Made by a program: the position numbers and the translations under genes. The notes below the pieces were generated by a model that saw only the letters and a list, made by a program, of their open reading frames with translations, searched no databases and was not told the DNA's origin. Of a stretch of 64,000 nucleotides of DNA, positions 9,718-18,535 are shown in pieces. Origin of the DNA: Deltaproteobacteria bacterium HGW-Deltaproteobacteria-19. GTDB lineage: Bacteria > Desulfobacterota > Syntrophia > Syntrophales > PHBD01. Each line of letters begins with the position of its first letter. Position 1 is the stretch's first letter. The stretch covers positions 39,883 to 103,882 of the forward strand of contig PHBD01000006.1 in the NCBI GenBank assembly GCA_002841865.1. Direction: 5' to 3'.

Positions 9718-9762
9718 TTGACTTTCGGCAGCTGTCCCGGTTAATTGTAAACGCTGTTTACA
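9718..9762 (+). promoter_or_regulatory. Candidate sigma70 promoter with overlapping TetR-type palindromic operator
   Basis: TTGACT (9718-9723), 17-nt spacer, TTAATT (9741-9746). Immediately overlapping is the perfect inverted repeat TGTAAAC-GCT-GTTTACA (9746-9762), 43 nt upstream of the ACAD ATG at 9805. Confidence 0.45.
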
Positions 9763-9804
9763 TCCAGGAACAAGCAATCAGAAACATACCCGAAGGAGGT
9801 TGCC

Positions 9805-11403
9805 ATGACCCTGCCGAACCGAAACAATCCCTACAAATTCCAAGAGTTTTTAGACTGGAGAAAATCCGTCGACTACTATGCCGACGATCCCTTCATCCAG
9901 AAGGTGATCCGCTGTTTCACCGGTGATGAGGCCCCGGCCGTGGACGCGGCGGCCCGGGAGGTCTCGAAGAAGGTCTCCTACCGCTGGCGCGACCTGTCGG
10001 AGCGCATCGCCTGGCCCGAGAAGCGGATCTTCATGATGCACTATGACGGCCACAACCGCCGGATCGACCGGATCGTCCGCCCGGCGGAGACGGAGATCCT
10101 GGAGCGGGAAATCTTCGCGGAGGCCCTGTATTCCGAGAAGACCCCCCTGTGGAAGCGGCTCGTCAAGATGTACCTGATCTACCAGAACGGCGAGGCCTGC
10201 ATCGCCTGTCCCGTCACCTGCACGGAAGGGCTGGTGGCCCTTCTCGACCGCTTCGCCGACACGCCGGAGACGCGGGAGATCCTGCGCCATGCCAAGGAGG
10301 GGATCGACGGAGCATTCGCCATCGGCGCCCAGTACCTCTCGGAGATCCAGGGCGGCTCCGACGTGCCCGCCAATCTCCTCGAAGCGGTTCAGGAGGACGG
10401 CGGCTGGCGCCTCTATGGTACCAAGTTTTTCTGCTCCGCCGCCCACGCCGACTACGCCGTCGTCACGGCAAAGCCCGCGGGCTCGGAGGACGTGGCCCTC
10501 TTTGTCATCCCCTCGTGGCTGCCGGGCAACAAGGAGAAGGAGATCCGCAACGGCTTTACCATCGACCGGATCAAATGGAAGACCGGAACAAGCGAGCTGC
10601 CCACGGCGGAGATCACCTTCAACGGCGCCGTGGCCTACCCGGCGGGCCCCCTGGACCGGGGACTCGCCAACGTCGTGGGGATCGTCCTGACCTACTCGCG
10701 CCTCACCGTCGGCCTCTCCTGCGCCGCCATGATGACCCGGGCCGTCCGGGAGGCAACGCGGTACAGCGAGTTCCGCAGCGCCTTCGGCCTCGTCATCGGG
10801 CAATTCCCCATGGTGGCCGGCCAGATCGGCTGGATGGAGCAGGCCGTGAAGCGGACCACCGCCGGGGCCTTCCGGCTCTACCGGGACTTCCTCACCCTGG
10901 AGGGGGGGCTGAAGGGCGGTCTGGAGACGGGTGAGGCGGAGGCCATGAAGAAGAAACGCTTCGATGTCCGGGAGCTCATCATGCTCCAGAAGATCACCGC
11001 TTCCTGGGACTGCATGGACGTGATCCGCATGGCCATGTCCATCTTCGGCGGCCACGGAATCATGGAGGACTTCTCGTCCCTGCCCCGGCTCTACCGCGAC
11101 GCCGCCGTGAACGAGCTGTGGGAAGGCCCCCGCAACGTCCTTCTCACCCAGATGCACAGAGACTTCCAGCGGGCCGCGAAGTGGTATCCCCCGGCGGAGT
11201 TCGTCGGGAACGTCCTGAAAGGGGCCGATCCGGGCCTGGTCGAAAAACTCTCCGCGGAGATCACGGAACTCCTCGCCCATCCGAACCTTTTCACCCCCGA
11301 CGAGAAGACCCTGGAGGTCTGCCGGCGCTGGGACGCCTTCTGTGCCGATCTGACCCACGCCTACCAGGACCTGGCGGTGAAGGAAGTGGAGGAAAGCCGG
11401 TAA
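9805..11403 (+). CDS. Acyl-CoA dehydrogenase family protein (long, AidB-like form)
   Basis: 532 aa. 'EIQGGSDVPAN' and the C-terminal 'FGGHGIMEDFSSLPRLYRDAAVNELWEGPRNVL' are ACAD signatures. The extended N-terminal domain resembles AidB-type members. Confidence 0.8.
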   Translation: MTLPNRNNPYKFQEFLDWRKSVDYYADDPFIQKVIRCFTGDEAPAVDAAAREVSKKVSYRWRDLSERIAWPEKRIFMMHYDGHNRRIDRIVRPAETEILEREIFAEALYSEKTPLWKRLVKMYLIYQNGEACIACPVTCTEGLVALLDRFADTPETREILRHAKEGIDGAFAIGAQYLSEIQGGSDVPANLLEAVQEDGGWRLYGTKFFCSAAHADYAVVTAKPAGSEDVALFVIPSWLPGNKEKEIRNGFTIDRIKWKTGTSELPTAEITFNGAVAYPAGPLDRGLANVVGIVLTYSRLTVGLSCAAMMTRAVREATRYSEFRSAFGLVIGQFPMVAGQIGWMEQAVKRTTAGAFRLYRDFLTLEGGLKGGLETGEAEAMKKKRFDVRELIMLQKITASWDCMDVIRMAMSIFGGHGIMEDFSSLPRLYRDAAVNELWEGPRNVLLTQMHRDFQRAAKWYPPAEFVGNVLKGADPGLVEKLSAEITELLAHPNLFTPDEKTLEVCRRWDAFCADLTHAYQDLAVKEVEESR

Positions 11404-11500
11404 CGCCGCTGTCGGCGGAGGCCGGAACGAAAGGGACCAATCCCTGCAAAACCGCGGGACGCGGCTGCAGGAAAAGACGAATCGTGAACAGGAGGTTGCC

Positions 11501-12751
11501 ATGTTCGATTACATTTTGACGCCTGAACAAATCAAGATCCGTGACGAGGCCCGGGACTTTGTCAAGTCCATCCCCCGCCAGATGATCCTCGACATGGACC
11601 AGGACAAGATCAAGTTCCCGAAGGAGTTCCTCCGGGAGGCGGGCCGGCGGAACCTGATGGGCTGCCGGTACCCGAAAAAGTGGGGCGGCCGGGATATGGA
11701 CTGGGTCACCACCGGTACGGTCATGGAGGAGATCGGCACCCTGGGCTATGAATTTTCCTGTGTCTTCGGCGTCGGGGCGGAGCTGGTCTGCGATGCCATC
11801 ATCCAGCACGGCACCGATGAGCAGAAGGAAAAGTATGTGAAGCCCCTCCTCGCCGGCGACATCTTTGCCGCCGAGTGCCTCACGGAGCCACGGGGCGGAT
11901 CGGACTTCTTCGGCGCCACGTCGAAGGCGGAGGACAAGGGAGACCACTTTCTCCTGAACGGCCAGAAACGCTTCATCGTCGGCGGCGAGGGGGCCGATTA
12001 TTTCCTCGTTTACGCCCGGACGAACTTCGACCCCAAGGCGAAGCCCCAGGACTGCCTCACGGCGTTCATCGTCGACCGGGGCCCCGGGGTGGAGACGAAG
12101 TATCTCTATAATCTCATGGGCTGCCGTGGCGGCGGCACGGCGCGACTCGTCTTCAAGGACGCGAAGATCCCGAAGGAGAATGTCGTTGGCGGCGTGAACG
12201 GCGCTTACGCCGTCTTTAACACAATGATGATCCCCGAGCGGCTCGGCACGGCGCTGATGACCATCGGCCCCGCCCGGGCGGCGCTGGAGGTGTCGACCCA
12301 TTACACGGCCCGGAGGAAGGCCTTCGGCCAGATCATCGCCCAGTTCGAGGGCGTGAGTTTTCAGGTGGCCGAGGCGTCGATGCTGCTGGACGCTTGCCGG
12401 AGCCTGGGATACACAACCTGCCTCGCTGTGGACAAGGGCGTGGACCGTGCCCGGGTTCGCCGGATGATCTCGGAGACGAAAAAGTTCATCACCGAGAACT
12501 GCCAGAAGGTGGTCCACAACTGCATGCAGGTCGTGGGCGGTATCGGTTACACCAACGTCTACCCCCTCGAGCGGATCTACCGCGATATCCGCCTGGCATC
12601 CATCTGGACGGGGACCAGCGAGGTCATGTCCATGATCGTGGCCCACGAGTGGTACAGGGAGTACTTCAAGGCCCGCCAGGCGAAGCTGACGCGGGACATC
12701 GAGGCAGACGCGGAAGAGGCGTTCGCCGAGGACGAGAAGATCTACGAATAA
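11501..12751 (+). CDS. Acyl-CoA dehydrogenase
   Basis: 'CLTEPRGGSDFFG' and 'VGGIGYTNVYPLERIYRDIRLASIWTGTSEVM'. Protein is 416 aa with a short C-terminal extension. Confidence 0.88.
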   Translation: MFDYILTPEQIKIRDEARDFVKSIPRQMILDMDQDKIKFPKEFLREAGRRNLMGCRYPKKWGGRDMDWVTTGTVMEEIGTLGYEFSCVFGVGAELVCDAIIQHGTDEQKEKYVKPLLAGDIFAAECLTEPRGGSDFFGATSKAEDKGDHFLLNGQKRFIVGGEGADYFLVYARTNFDPKAKPQDCLTAFIVDRGPGVETKYLYNLMGCRGGGTARLVFKDAKIPKENVVGGVNGAYAVFNTMMIPERLGTALMTIGPARAALEVSTHYTARRKAFGQIIAQFEGVSFQVAEASMLLDACRSLGYTTCLAVDKGVDRARVRRMISETKKFITENCQKVVHNCMQVVGGIGYTNVYPLERIYRDIRLASIWTGTSEVMSMIVAHEWYREYFKARQAKLTRDIEADAEEAFAEDEKIYE

Positions 12752-12852
12752 GGATGGGCGGGGCGGATATCCAATCCGCACCTCCTCCTTATCCCTTTTT
12801 TTATTAACCAGAACCGGCCGCCGATCGGGGGACCGGGAGGGTGGTTTCCCTC

Positions 12853-12934
12853 GCGCTCAGAAGCGTTTTTCCGACCCTGCAACGTCTCGCTCCGCTGCGA
12901 CGGCAGGGTACCCCGAAAAAGCCGCTATTCGCGC
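12853..12934. repeat. Imperfect ~80-bp palindromic intergenic element
   Basis: The left arm GCGCTCAGAAGCGTTTTTCCGACCCTGC (12853-12880) is roughly the reverse complement of GCAGGGTACCCCGAAAAAGCCGCTATTCGCGC (12903-12934). Confidence 0.5.
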
Positions 12935-12967
12935 TCCGGGAAGCCCCCCTCCCCGACCGATGTTCGC

Positions 12968-13149
12968 GGGGGCGCGACCGGGGGTTCCCAGAGGAGCAAT
13001 TAGAAAACGTTTCCTTACCTCAGGCTCATCGGTTTCAGAAGGCAAAGAGCGGAAACGTTTTCGCGACGGCGGGAGCCCCCGTGGCAGCCCCCGCGCCAAT
13101 ACCGAACGGGCCAACCGGGGGCGCGACCGGAGATTCCCAGAGGAGCAAT
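12968..13149. repeat. Two 33-bp direct repeats flanking a 12-bp inverted repeat
   Basis: GGGGGCGCGACCGGGGGTTCCCAGAGGAGCAAT (12968-13000) versus GGGGGCGCGACCGGAGATTCCCAGAGGAGCAAT (13117-13149), with 2 mismatches. Between them, GAAAACGTTTCC (13003-13014) is the reverse complement of GGAAACGTTTTC (13051-13062). Confidence 0.7.
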
Positions 13150-13170
13150 CGGAACGCCCCTGAGCAGGCT

Positions 13171-13211
13171 GTTCAAAAATGCCCGGATGCAAGGCCCCCG
13201 AAATCCTGAGC
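13171..13211 (-). repeat. Partial (3'-arm) copy of the 120-bp palindromic element, inverted orientation
   Basis: GTTCAAAAATGCCCGGATGCAAGGCCCCCGAAATCCTGAGC closely matches the reverse complement of the 3' arm (GCTCAGGATTTCGGGCGCCTTGCATTCAACCCTTTTTGAAC) of the copies at 20718 and 20860. Confidence 0.6.
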
Positions 13212-13249
13212 CATGAGTCGTACCCTTTGAGAATGAAAGGAAGGCTACC

Positions 13250-14332
13250 ATGGACGCCTACGAAAAGCTGCGGACCGTTCTGGACGCCCATCCCACCGGG
13301 GCGCCCCCGTCTCCTTCCATCGACCGGATCCTCCGGATCCTCTTCACGCCCGGGGAGGCCGCGCTGGCCGCCACCATGAGCTTCTCGCCCCGGCCGGTTC
13401 CGGCGATCGCCGCGAAGGCCGGGCTGGAACCCGCCGAAGCCGAGCGGATGCTCGAGGCCATGGCGGATCGGGCCGTTGTCTTCTGCCGGGAGAAGGACGG
13501 GAAGCGATCCTACGGGCTCCTGCCGACGATCCCGGGCCTTTTCGAGTTCCCATTCATGAAGGGGAGGACGCGCCCGGAGCACGAGGAGCTGGCGAAACTC
13601 TGGGATGAATACCACCGGGAGGGCCTGGGGGCCTCCTTTTCCGGGAATCCGACCCCCGTCGCCCGGGTGATTCCCGTCGGCGAGTCCCTGGAGGCGGTGG
13701 GCAGGGTCCAGCCCTACGAGGAGGTGGCGAAGCTGATCGGGGAAGCGGGATTCATCGGGCTCGGCCGGTGCGCCTGCCGCATCGCCGTTGGTGCCTGTGA
13801 TTCGCCGACGGAGACGTGTCTCTTCTTCGATGCCCCCGCCCGGTTTCTCGTCCAGCGGGGATACGCCCGGGAGATCGGACGGGTCGAGGCCCTCCGGGTC
13901 CTGGGTGAGTCGGAGAAGGCGGGTCTCGTTCACGTCAGCAACAACAGCGCCGACAGGCCGACCTTCCTGTGCAACTGCTGCCGCTGCTGCTGTACGATCC
14001 TAACCTGCAAGACACAGCTCTCCCTGCCCAACGCCTTTTCGACCAGCGGCTTCCTCGCCCGGGTGGACGCGGAGGCCTGCACGGGCTGCGGAATCTGCGC
14101 CGACGAGCGATGCCCTGTGGGGGCCGTCGTCATGGAGGACGACACGGCCGTTGTCTCGGTCGAAGCATGCATCGGCTGCGGCCTCTGCGTCACGGGGTGC
14201 CCGGCTGAGGCCATCGCCCTCGTGCGGAGGGAAAATCCCCCCGCCGTCTGCGCCGACGGGCAAGAGATGGGCGCGCGGGTCCTGAAGGAAAAGGGAAAGC
14301 TGGAGCGTTTCCTGGAGGTCATGAAGGGATAG
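13250..14332 (+). CDS. Cys-rich 4Fe-4S dicluster domain protein (unknown function)
   Basis: 360 aa. 'GRCACRIAVGAC' and 'FLCNCCRCCCTILTC' motifs, then two ferredoxin motifs 'CTGCGICADERCP' and 'CIGCGLCVTGCP'. Confidence 0.75.
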   Translation: MDAYEKLRTVLDAHPTGAPPSPSIDRILRILFTPGEAALAATMSFSPRPVPAIAAKAGLEPAEAERMLEAMADRAVVFCREKDGKRSYGLLPTIPGLFEFPFMKGRTRPEHEELAKLWDEYHREGLGASFSGNPTPVARVIPVGESLEAVGRVQPYEEVAKLIGEAGFIGLGRCACRIAVGACDSPTETCLFFDAPARFLVQRGYAREIGRVEALRVLGESEKAGLVHVSNNSADRPTFLCNCCRCCCTILTCKTQLSLPNAFSTSGFLARVDAEACTGCGICADERCPVGAVVMEDDTAVVSVEACIGCGLCVTGCPAEAIALVRRENPPAVCADGQEMGARVLKEKGKLERFLEVMKG

Positions 14333-14427
14333 TGCAGCCTATGCAGGGTGCAGCGCTTTCTTTTGACAAGGCGGCCGGTTTTCCGTACCCTTACCACGAT
14401 CAGGATCGTGCCAATCAGGAGGTGACC

Positions 14428-14658
14428 ATGAAAAAGAAAAAAGCGGAACGGGATGTGGAAAAGACGGTGACCAGGGAGGCTTTTGTCCGGAAACTCCGGC
14501 GCCTGGCGGACGACGTCGAGGCGGGACGGCCCTTCCGGATCCAGGTTGCCGGAGAGAAACTGACGGCTCCCGCCTCCGCGGAGATCAGCATCGAGCACGA
14601 GCGCGAGGGGGGCGTCGAAGAACTGGAGTTTCAGCTCCGCTGGAAGAAGCGCCGCTGA
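14428..14658 (+). CDS. Amphi-Trp domain protein (small, unknown function)
   Basis: ATG at 14428 with AGGAGG at 14417-14422. 'FRIQVAGEKLTAPASAEISIEHEREGGVEELEFQLRWKK' resembles the amphi-Trp domain family as I remember it. Confidence 0.6.
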   Translation: MKKKKAERDVEKTVTREAFVRKLRRLADDVEAGRPFRIQVAGEKLTAPASAEISIEHEREGGVEELEFQLRWKKRR

Positions 14659-14733
14659 TCCTGCTCGCTCCGTTTTCCCGACACGGAGAACGTCCTTCCA
14701 TTCCCGGGTCGGTTTGATGTTGGAGAAGTTGTC

Positions 14734-15552
14734 ATGGAAAGCCGAATCGCCGACGCCGTCCGCCTGAAAATTCCGCCCGTGGGCCTCCTGTGGACCGATG
14801 AGAAGCCGGACCGCGCCATGATGTTCCAGGCAGGGAAATGGGGCTGCGTCATGTGGCTCGTTGCCGCCGCAGCCAAGGGCAAGACAGCGGCCTGCGATGT
14901 CACGACGTTCGGATGCGTAGGCGGTGGCGTAGGCCTCGGGTTTGGTAACCAGTACCGGAACTTTCCCGACGGCGAGGAGGGATTCTGCCACTTCCTCTCC
15001 ACGGGGAATGCCGAACGGGAGGGTGGGAAGGAAATGGCCGAGCAGGTTCGCCCGTTCCTCCGGGACGAGGCCTTCGACCACTTCCTTCACGGCGAGCGTT
15101 ACATCAAGGATCCCGCCCTGGTACGGCGCTTCCTGGCCTGCCTGCCCATGCGGGAGATCCCGGCCCGCTATGTCGTGTTCAAACCCCTGGCGGCCGTCGA
15201 CCCCGAGCGGGAGAACCTGCGGACCATCATCTTTTTCGCCGAGCCGGATCAGCTTTCCGCCCTCGTTGTCCTGGCGAACTATGGCCGCGGAGACAATGAA
15301 AACGTCATCATCCCTTACGCAGCCGGCTGCCAGACCATCGGCATCTATCCATACCGGGAATCCGACTCTCCAAGGCCCCGGGCCATCGTCGGACTCACAG
15401 ACCTCTCCGCCCGGCTCTACCTCCGCCGCCAGCTCGGGGGCGATCTGCTGACCTTCACCGTTCCGAAGGCCCTGTTCATGGAGATGGAAGGCAACGTGAA
15501 GGGTTCCTTCCTGGAGCGATCCACCTGGCAGGGTTTGCTGAGAGGCTGTTGA
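14734..15552 (+). CDS. DUF169 domain protein
   Basis: 272 aa. 'KWGCVMWLVAAAAKGKTAACD...GCVGGGVGLGF' and 'AAGCQTIGIYPY' match my recollection of DUF169 family blocks. Confidence 0.65.
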   Translation: MESRIADAVRLKIPPVGLLWTDEKPDRAMMFQAGKWGCVMWLVAAAAKGKTAACDVTTFGCVGGGVGLGFGNQYRNFPDGEEGFCHFLSTGNAEREGGKEMAEQVRPFLRDEAFDHFLHGERYIKDPALVRRFLACLPMREIPARYVVFKPLAAVDPERENLRTIIFFAEPDQLSALVVLANYGRGDNENVIIPYAAGCQTIGIYPYRESDSPRPRAIVGLTDLSARLYLRRQLGGDLLTFTVPKALFMEMEGNVKGSFLERSTWQGLLRGC

Positions 15553-15578
15553 AAAAAAGGGCGTCTGCTGCGTTGCCC
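15548..15578 (+). repeat. Partial (5'-arm) copy of the 120-bp palindromic element
   Basis: GTTGAAAAAAAGGGCGTCTGCTGCGTTGCCC resembles GTTGAAAAAGGGCTGTCTGCGGCGTTGCCC at 20718. It overlaps the DUF169 stop codon (15550-15552). Confidence 0.55.
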
Positions 15579-15734
15579 ATTTCCCGAAATCCGTTTCCCG
15601 GCGTCATCTTCCTTGAATTTCCCTGGCCGTTCCTGTACGCAGTACCTGTCGGTTTCCCCTGCCGACCGCCGGGAGCAACGCCCGGCACGGCCGGGCCGGC
15701 CGTTCCCACCAAACAAAAGGAGGAATCAGATCCC

Positions 15735-16742
15735 ATGAAGCGAATCGCATTGATCCTGTTGTCCCTGTCCATGGTTGTGTTCCTGGCGGGGTGCGGAGGG
15801 GGTGAAAAGCCCGCGGCCGGGAAGGGGGAAGCGAAGATGGAGCTGAAGCTGGCCTCCATGACCCCCACGAGCCACACCTACAACCAAGGCGCGGCGAAAT
15901 TCGTCGAACTGGTCAAGCAGCGCTCGAACGGACGCATCGACATCAAGATCTATCCCGAGGGACAGCTCGGCAAGGGCGAACGGGAACTCCTGGAAGCGAT
16001 CCAGCAGGGTACCATTGACGCCTATGTGGGCTCTACAGCGCCCCTGAGCGGATTCAGCCCCTCCATGGGCATCCTGGATCTTCCTTTTCTCTTCCGCGAT
16101 TACGCCCACGTGGACAAGGTCCTCGACGGGCCCGTCGGGCGCCAGCTCATGGACGAGATCGAAAAGGCCGGCATGAAGGGCCTGGCCTTCTGGGAGAACG
16201 GCTTCCGGAACCTGACAAACTCGAAGCGGGCCGTCAAGGCGCCGGCGGATGCGAAAGGGCTGAAAATCCGCACCCAGGAGAACAAGATTCACCTCGCCGC
16301 CTGGAAGGCCGTCGGTGTCAACCCCGTGCCCATGGCTTGGGGCGAGGTCTACGGTGCGCTCCAGCAGAAGGCCATCGACGGCCAGGAGAACCCGATCGCG
16401 GTTATTCATTCCGTAAAGCTGAACGAGGTCCAGAAGTACCTGACCCTGAGCCAGCACGTGTACTCGCCGGCGATGATCATCATCAGCCTGAAGAAGTGGC
16501 AGTCTTTCTCCAAGGAGGACCAGGACCTGCTCATGAAGGCGGCCCTGGAGACGGCGGCATACCAGCGGAAGCTGGGCCGTGACAATGAGGAGAAGCAGAT
16601 CGCCGAACTGGCCGCCAAAGGCATGTCGGTGACAAAGGACGTGGACAAGACGGCCTGGCTGAAAGCCATGAAGCCGGCCCTGGAGGAGTTCATTCCCCAA
16701 TTCGGCAAGGACCGGGTGGATGCCATCCAGGCCGTGAAATAG
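15735..16742 (+). CDS. dctP: TRAP transporter substrate-binding protein (DctP family), lipoprotein
   Basis: ATG at 15735 after AAGGAGG. Signal and lipobox 'MVVFLAGCGG'. 'LKLASMTPTSHTYNQGAAKFVELV...IYPEGQLG' is DctP-like. Confidence 0.9.
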   Translation: MKRIALILLSLSMVVFLAGCGGGEKPAAGKGEAKMELKLASMTPTSHTYNQGAAKFVELVKQRSNGRIDIKIYPEGQLGKGERELLEAIQQGTIDAYVGSTAPLSGFSPSMGILDLPFLFRDYAHVDKVLDGPVGRQLMDEIEKAGMKGLAFWENGFRNLTNSKRAVKAPADAKGLKIRTQENKIHLAAWKAVGVNPVPMAWGEVYGALQQKAIDGQENPIAVIHSVKLNEVQKYLTLSQHVYSPAMIIISLKKWQSFSKEDQDLLMKAALETAAYQRKLGRDNEEKQIAELAAKGMSVTKDVDKTAWLKAMKPALEEFIPQFGKDRVDAIQAVK

Positions 16743-16759
16743 CCGGATCGGAGTTTTCC

Positions 16760-17245
16760 TTGTCTGTACTGGTGAGGCTGAACGAGTGGCTCACCCGGGC
16801 GGCGGAGGCGGCCCTCGTCGGGTTCATGGCGGTCATCGCCGTCATCGTTCCCTATGAGGTCTTCGGCCGCTACGTCCTGGGGGAGATGCCCGCCTGGTCC
16901 GGCGAGGCCGCGACGTTCGCCCTGGTCTGGGTCAGCATGATGGGCGGCGCCGCCGGCCTCCGGCGGGGCTATCGCATCGGCATCACCGTCCTATACAAAA
17001 AGCTGACCCCCGGGGCTGCCCGGGCGGTGCGCGTCGCTGCGGACGTCCTGGTCCTGGCGTTCTTCCTGGTCATGGTCGTCTACGGCCTTCAGCAGACACA
17101 GGTCAACATCCGTCAGACATCGCCGGCCATGGGGCTCTCCATGGCCTTTCCCTACGCGGCCCTGCCGGTGGGTTTTGCCCTGATGTTCCTCTTCACGCTG
17201 GAGGAGACGATCCGGATCCTCCGGGGTGCACCCGGGGAGGGCTGA
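16760..17245 (+). CDS. dctQ: TRAP transporter small permease (DctQ family)
   Basis: 161-aa four-TM protein between dctP and dctM, with a TTG start. Confidence 0.8.
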   Translation: MSVLVRLNEWLTRAAEAALVGFMAVIAVIVPYEVFGRYVLGEMPAWSGEAATFALVWVSMMGGAAGLRRGYRIGITVLYKKLTPGAARAVRVAADVLVLAFFLVMVVYGLQQTQVNIRQTSPAMGLSMAFPYAALPVGFALMFLFTLEETIRILRGAPGEG

Positions 17246-17248
17246 CCC

Positions 17249-18535
17249 GTGCTGGCTGCCTTCCTGGTTCTCTTCGTCGTCCTGATCGTTCTCGGTGTTC
17301 CCATCGCCGTGGCCCTCGGCGGGTCCGCACTGGGCTACGTGCTTCTCCAGGATGGCCTGTCGCTCACGCTCCTCGTCCAGACCGCCTTCGCCGGCATGTC
17401 GTCCTTTCCCCTCCTGGCCATCCCCCTGTTCATGCTGGCGGGGAACCTGATGAACGAGGGGGGGATCACGGAGGACCTGGTTCGCTTCGCCCGCCTGGCC
17501 ATGGGGCACATAAGCGGCGGCCTCGGCCTGGCGACAATCCTCGCCAGCGCCATCTTTGCCGCCATCTCCGGCTCCGCCGTGGCGACGGCCGTGGCCATCG
17601 GGGCCGTCATGCTGCCGGCGATGCACGCCGCCGGATACGACGACGATGTCTCCGCCGCGGTGACGGCGACGGCGTCCTGCATGGGACCGGTCATCCCGCC
17701 CAGCATTCCCTTCATCATCTACGGCGTCCTCGCCAATGTCTCCATCGCCGCCCTTTTCCTGGCGGGGATCCTGCCGGGCATCATCCTTGGCCTGGCCCTG
17801 ATGACCTACATGGTCCTGACGGCCCGCCGACGGGGATATCCCCTCGGGGAGCGGACACAGATCCGGGAACTGGCGAAGGGAACCGTTCGGGCACTCCCGG
17901 CCCTGCTGATGCCGGTCCTCATCGTGGGCGGAATCCTGGGCGGGGTCTTCACGCCTACGGAGGCCGCCGGGGTGGCGGTGGTGTATGCCCTCATCGTGGG
18001 GATGTTCTTTTACCGGAAGATCCGCCTGAACCGACTGCCGGCGGTACTCCTGGCGGCGGGCCTGGAAACGGCAGTGGTGATGCTGCTCCTGGGGCTGTCG
18101 GAGCCCTTCGCCTGGGTCGTGGCGGTGGAGCAGGTCCCCCTGAAGGCCGTCGACTTCCTGGCGGAGTGGAGCACGTCGCCGGTGGTCTTCCTGCTCCTGG
18201 TGAACCTGTTTCTCCTCCTCGTGGGGATCCCCATGGAGACGGCGCCGGCCCTGACGATCGTCACGCCGGTCCTGGCGCCCATGGCCGAGAAGATGGGGAT
18301 CGACCCCGTCCATTTCGGAGTCATCGTCTGCTTTAACCTCGTCCTGGGTCTCATCACCCCTCCCGTGGGAGGCGTCCTGTTCTCCATCTGCAGCATCTCC
18401 GGCCTCTCGCTGGAGCGCCTGAGCCGGGCCGTCTGGATCCCCTTCGCGATCGCCGTGGCGGTCCTCCTCCTGGTCACCTTCATTCCCACCCTGAGCACCT
18501 TCATTCCGGCGGCTTTTCTTGCCGCAAGCCCTTAG
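17249..18535 (+). CDS. dctM: TRAP transporter large permease (DctM family)
   Basis: 428-aa polytopic protein. 'PLFMLAGNLMNEGGIT' is a DctM hallmark. GTG start lies 4 nt after the dctQ stop. Confidence 0.9.
   Translation: MLAAFLVLFVVLIVLGVPIAVALGGSALGYVLLQDGLSLTLLVQTAFAGMSSFPLLAIPLFMLAGNLMNEGGITEDLVRFARLAMGHISGGLGLATILASAIFAAISGSAVATAVAIGAVMLPAMHAAGYDDDVSAAVTATASCMGPVIPPSIPFIIYGVLANVSIAALFLAGILPGIILGLALMTYMVLTARRRGYPLGERTQIRELAKGTVRALPALLMPVLIVGGILGGVFTPTEAAGVAVVYALIVGMFFYRKIRLNRLPAVLLAAGLETAVVMLLLGLSEPFAWVVAVEQVPLKAVDFLAEWSTSPVVFLLLVNLFLLLVGIPMETAPALTIVTPVLAPMAEKMGIDPVHFGVIVCFNLVLGLITPPVGGVLFSICSISGLSLERLSRAVWIPFAIAVAVLLLVTFIPTLSTFIPAAFLAASP

Noticed and set aside
12968-13149. Possible CRISPR array (33-bp direct repeats).
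   Set aside because: There are only two copies, a 116-bp spacer that itself contains an inverted repeat, and no cas genes in the window.
15549-15734. 62-codon N-terminal extension of dctP.
   Set aside because: The extension overlaps the repeat fragment and has no signal-peptide logic. ATG 15735 has AAGGAGG upstream and starts a lipoprotein signal.
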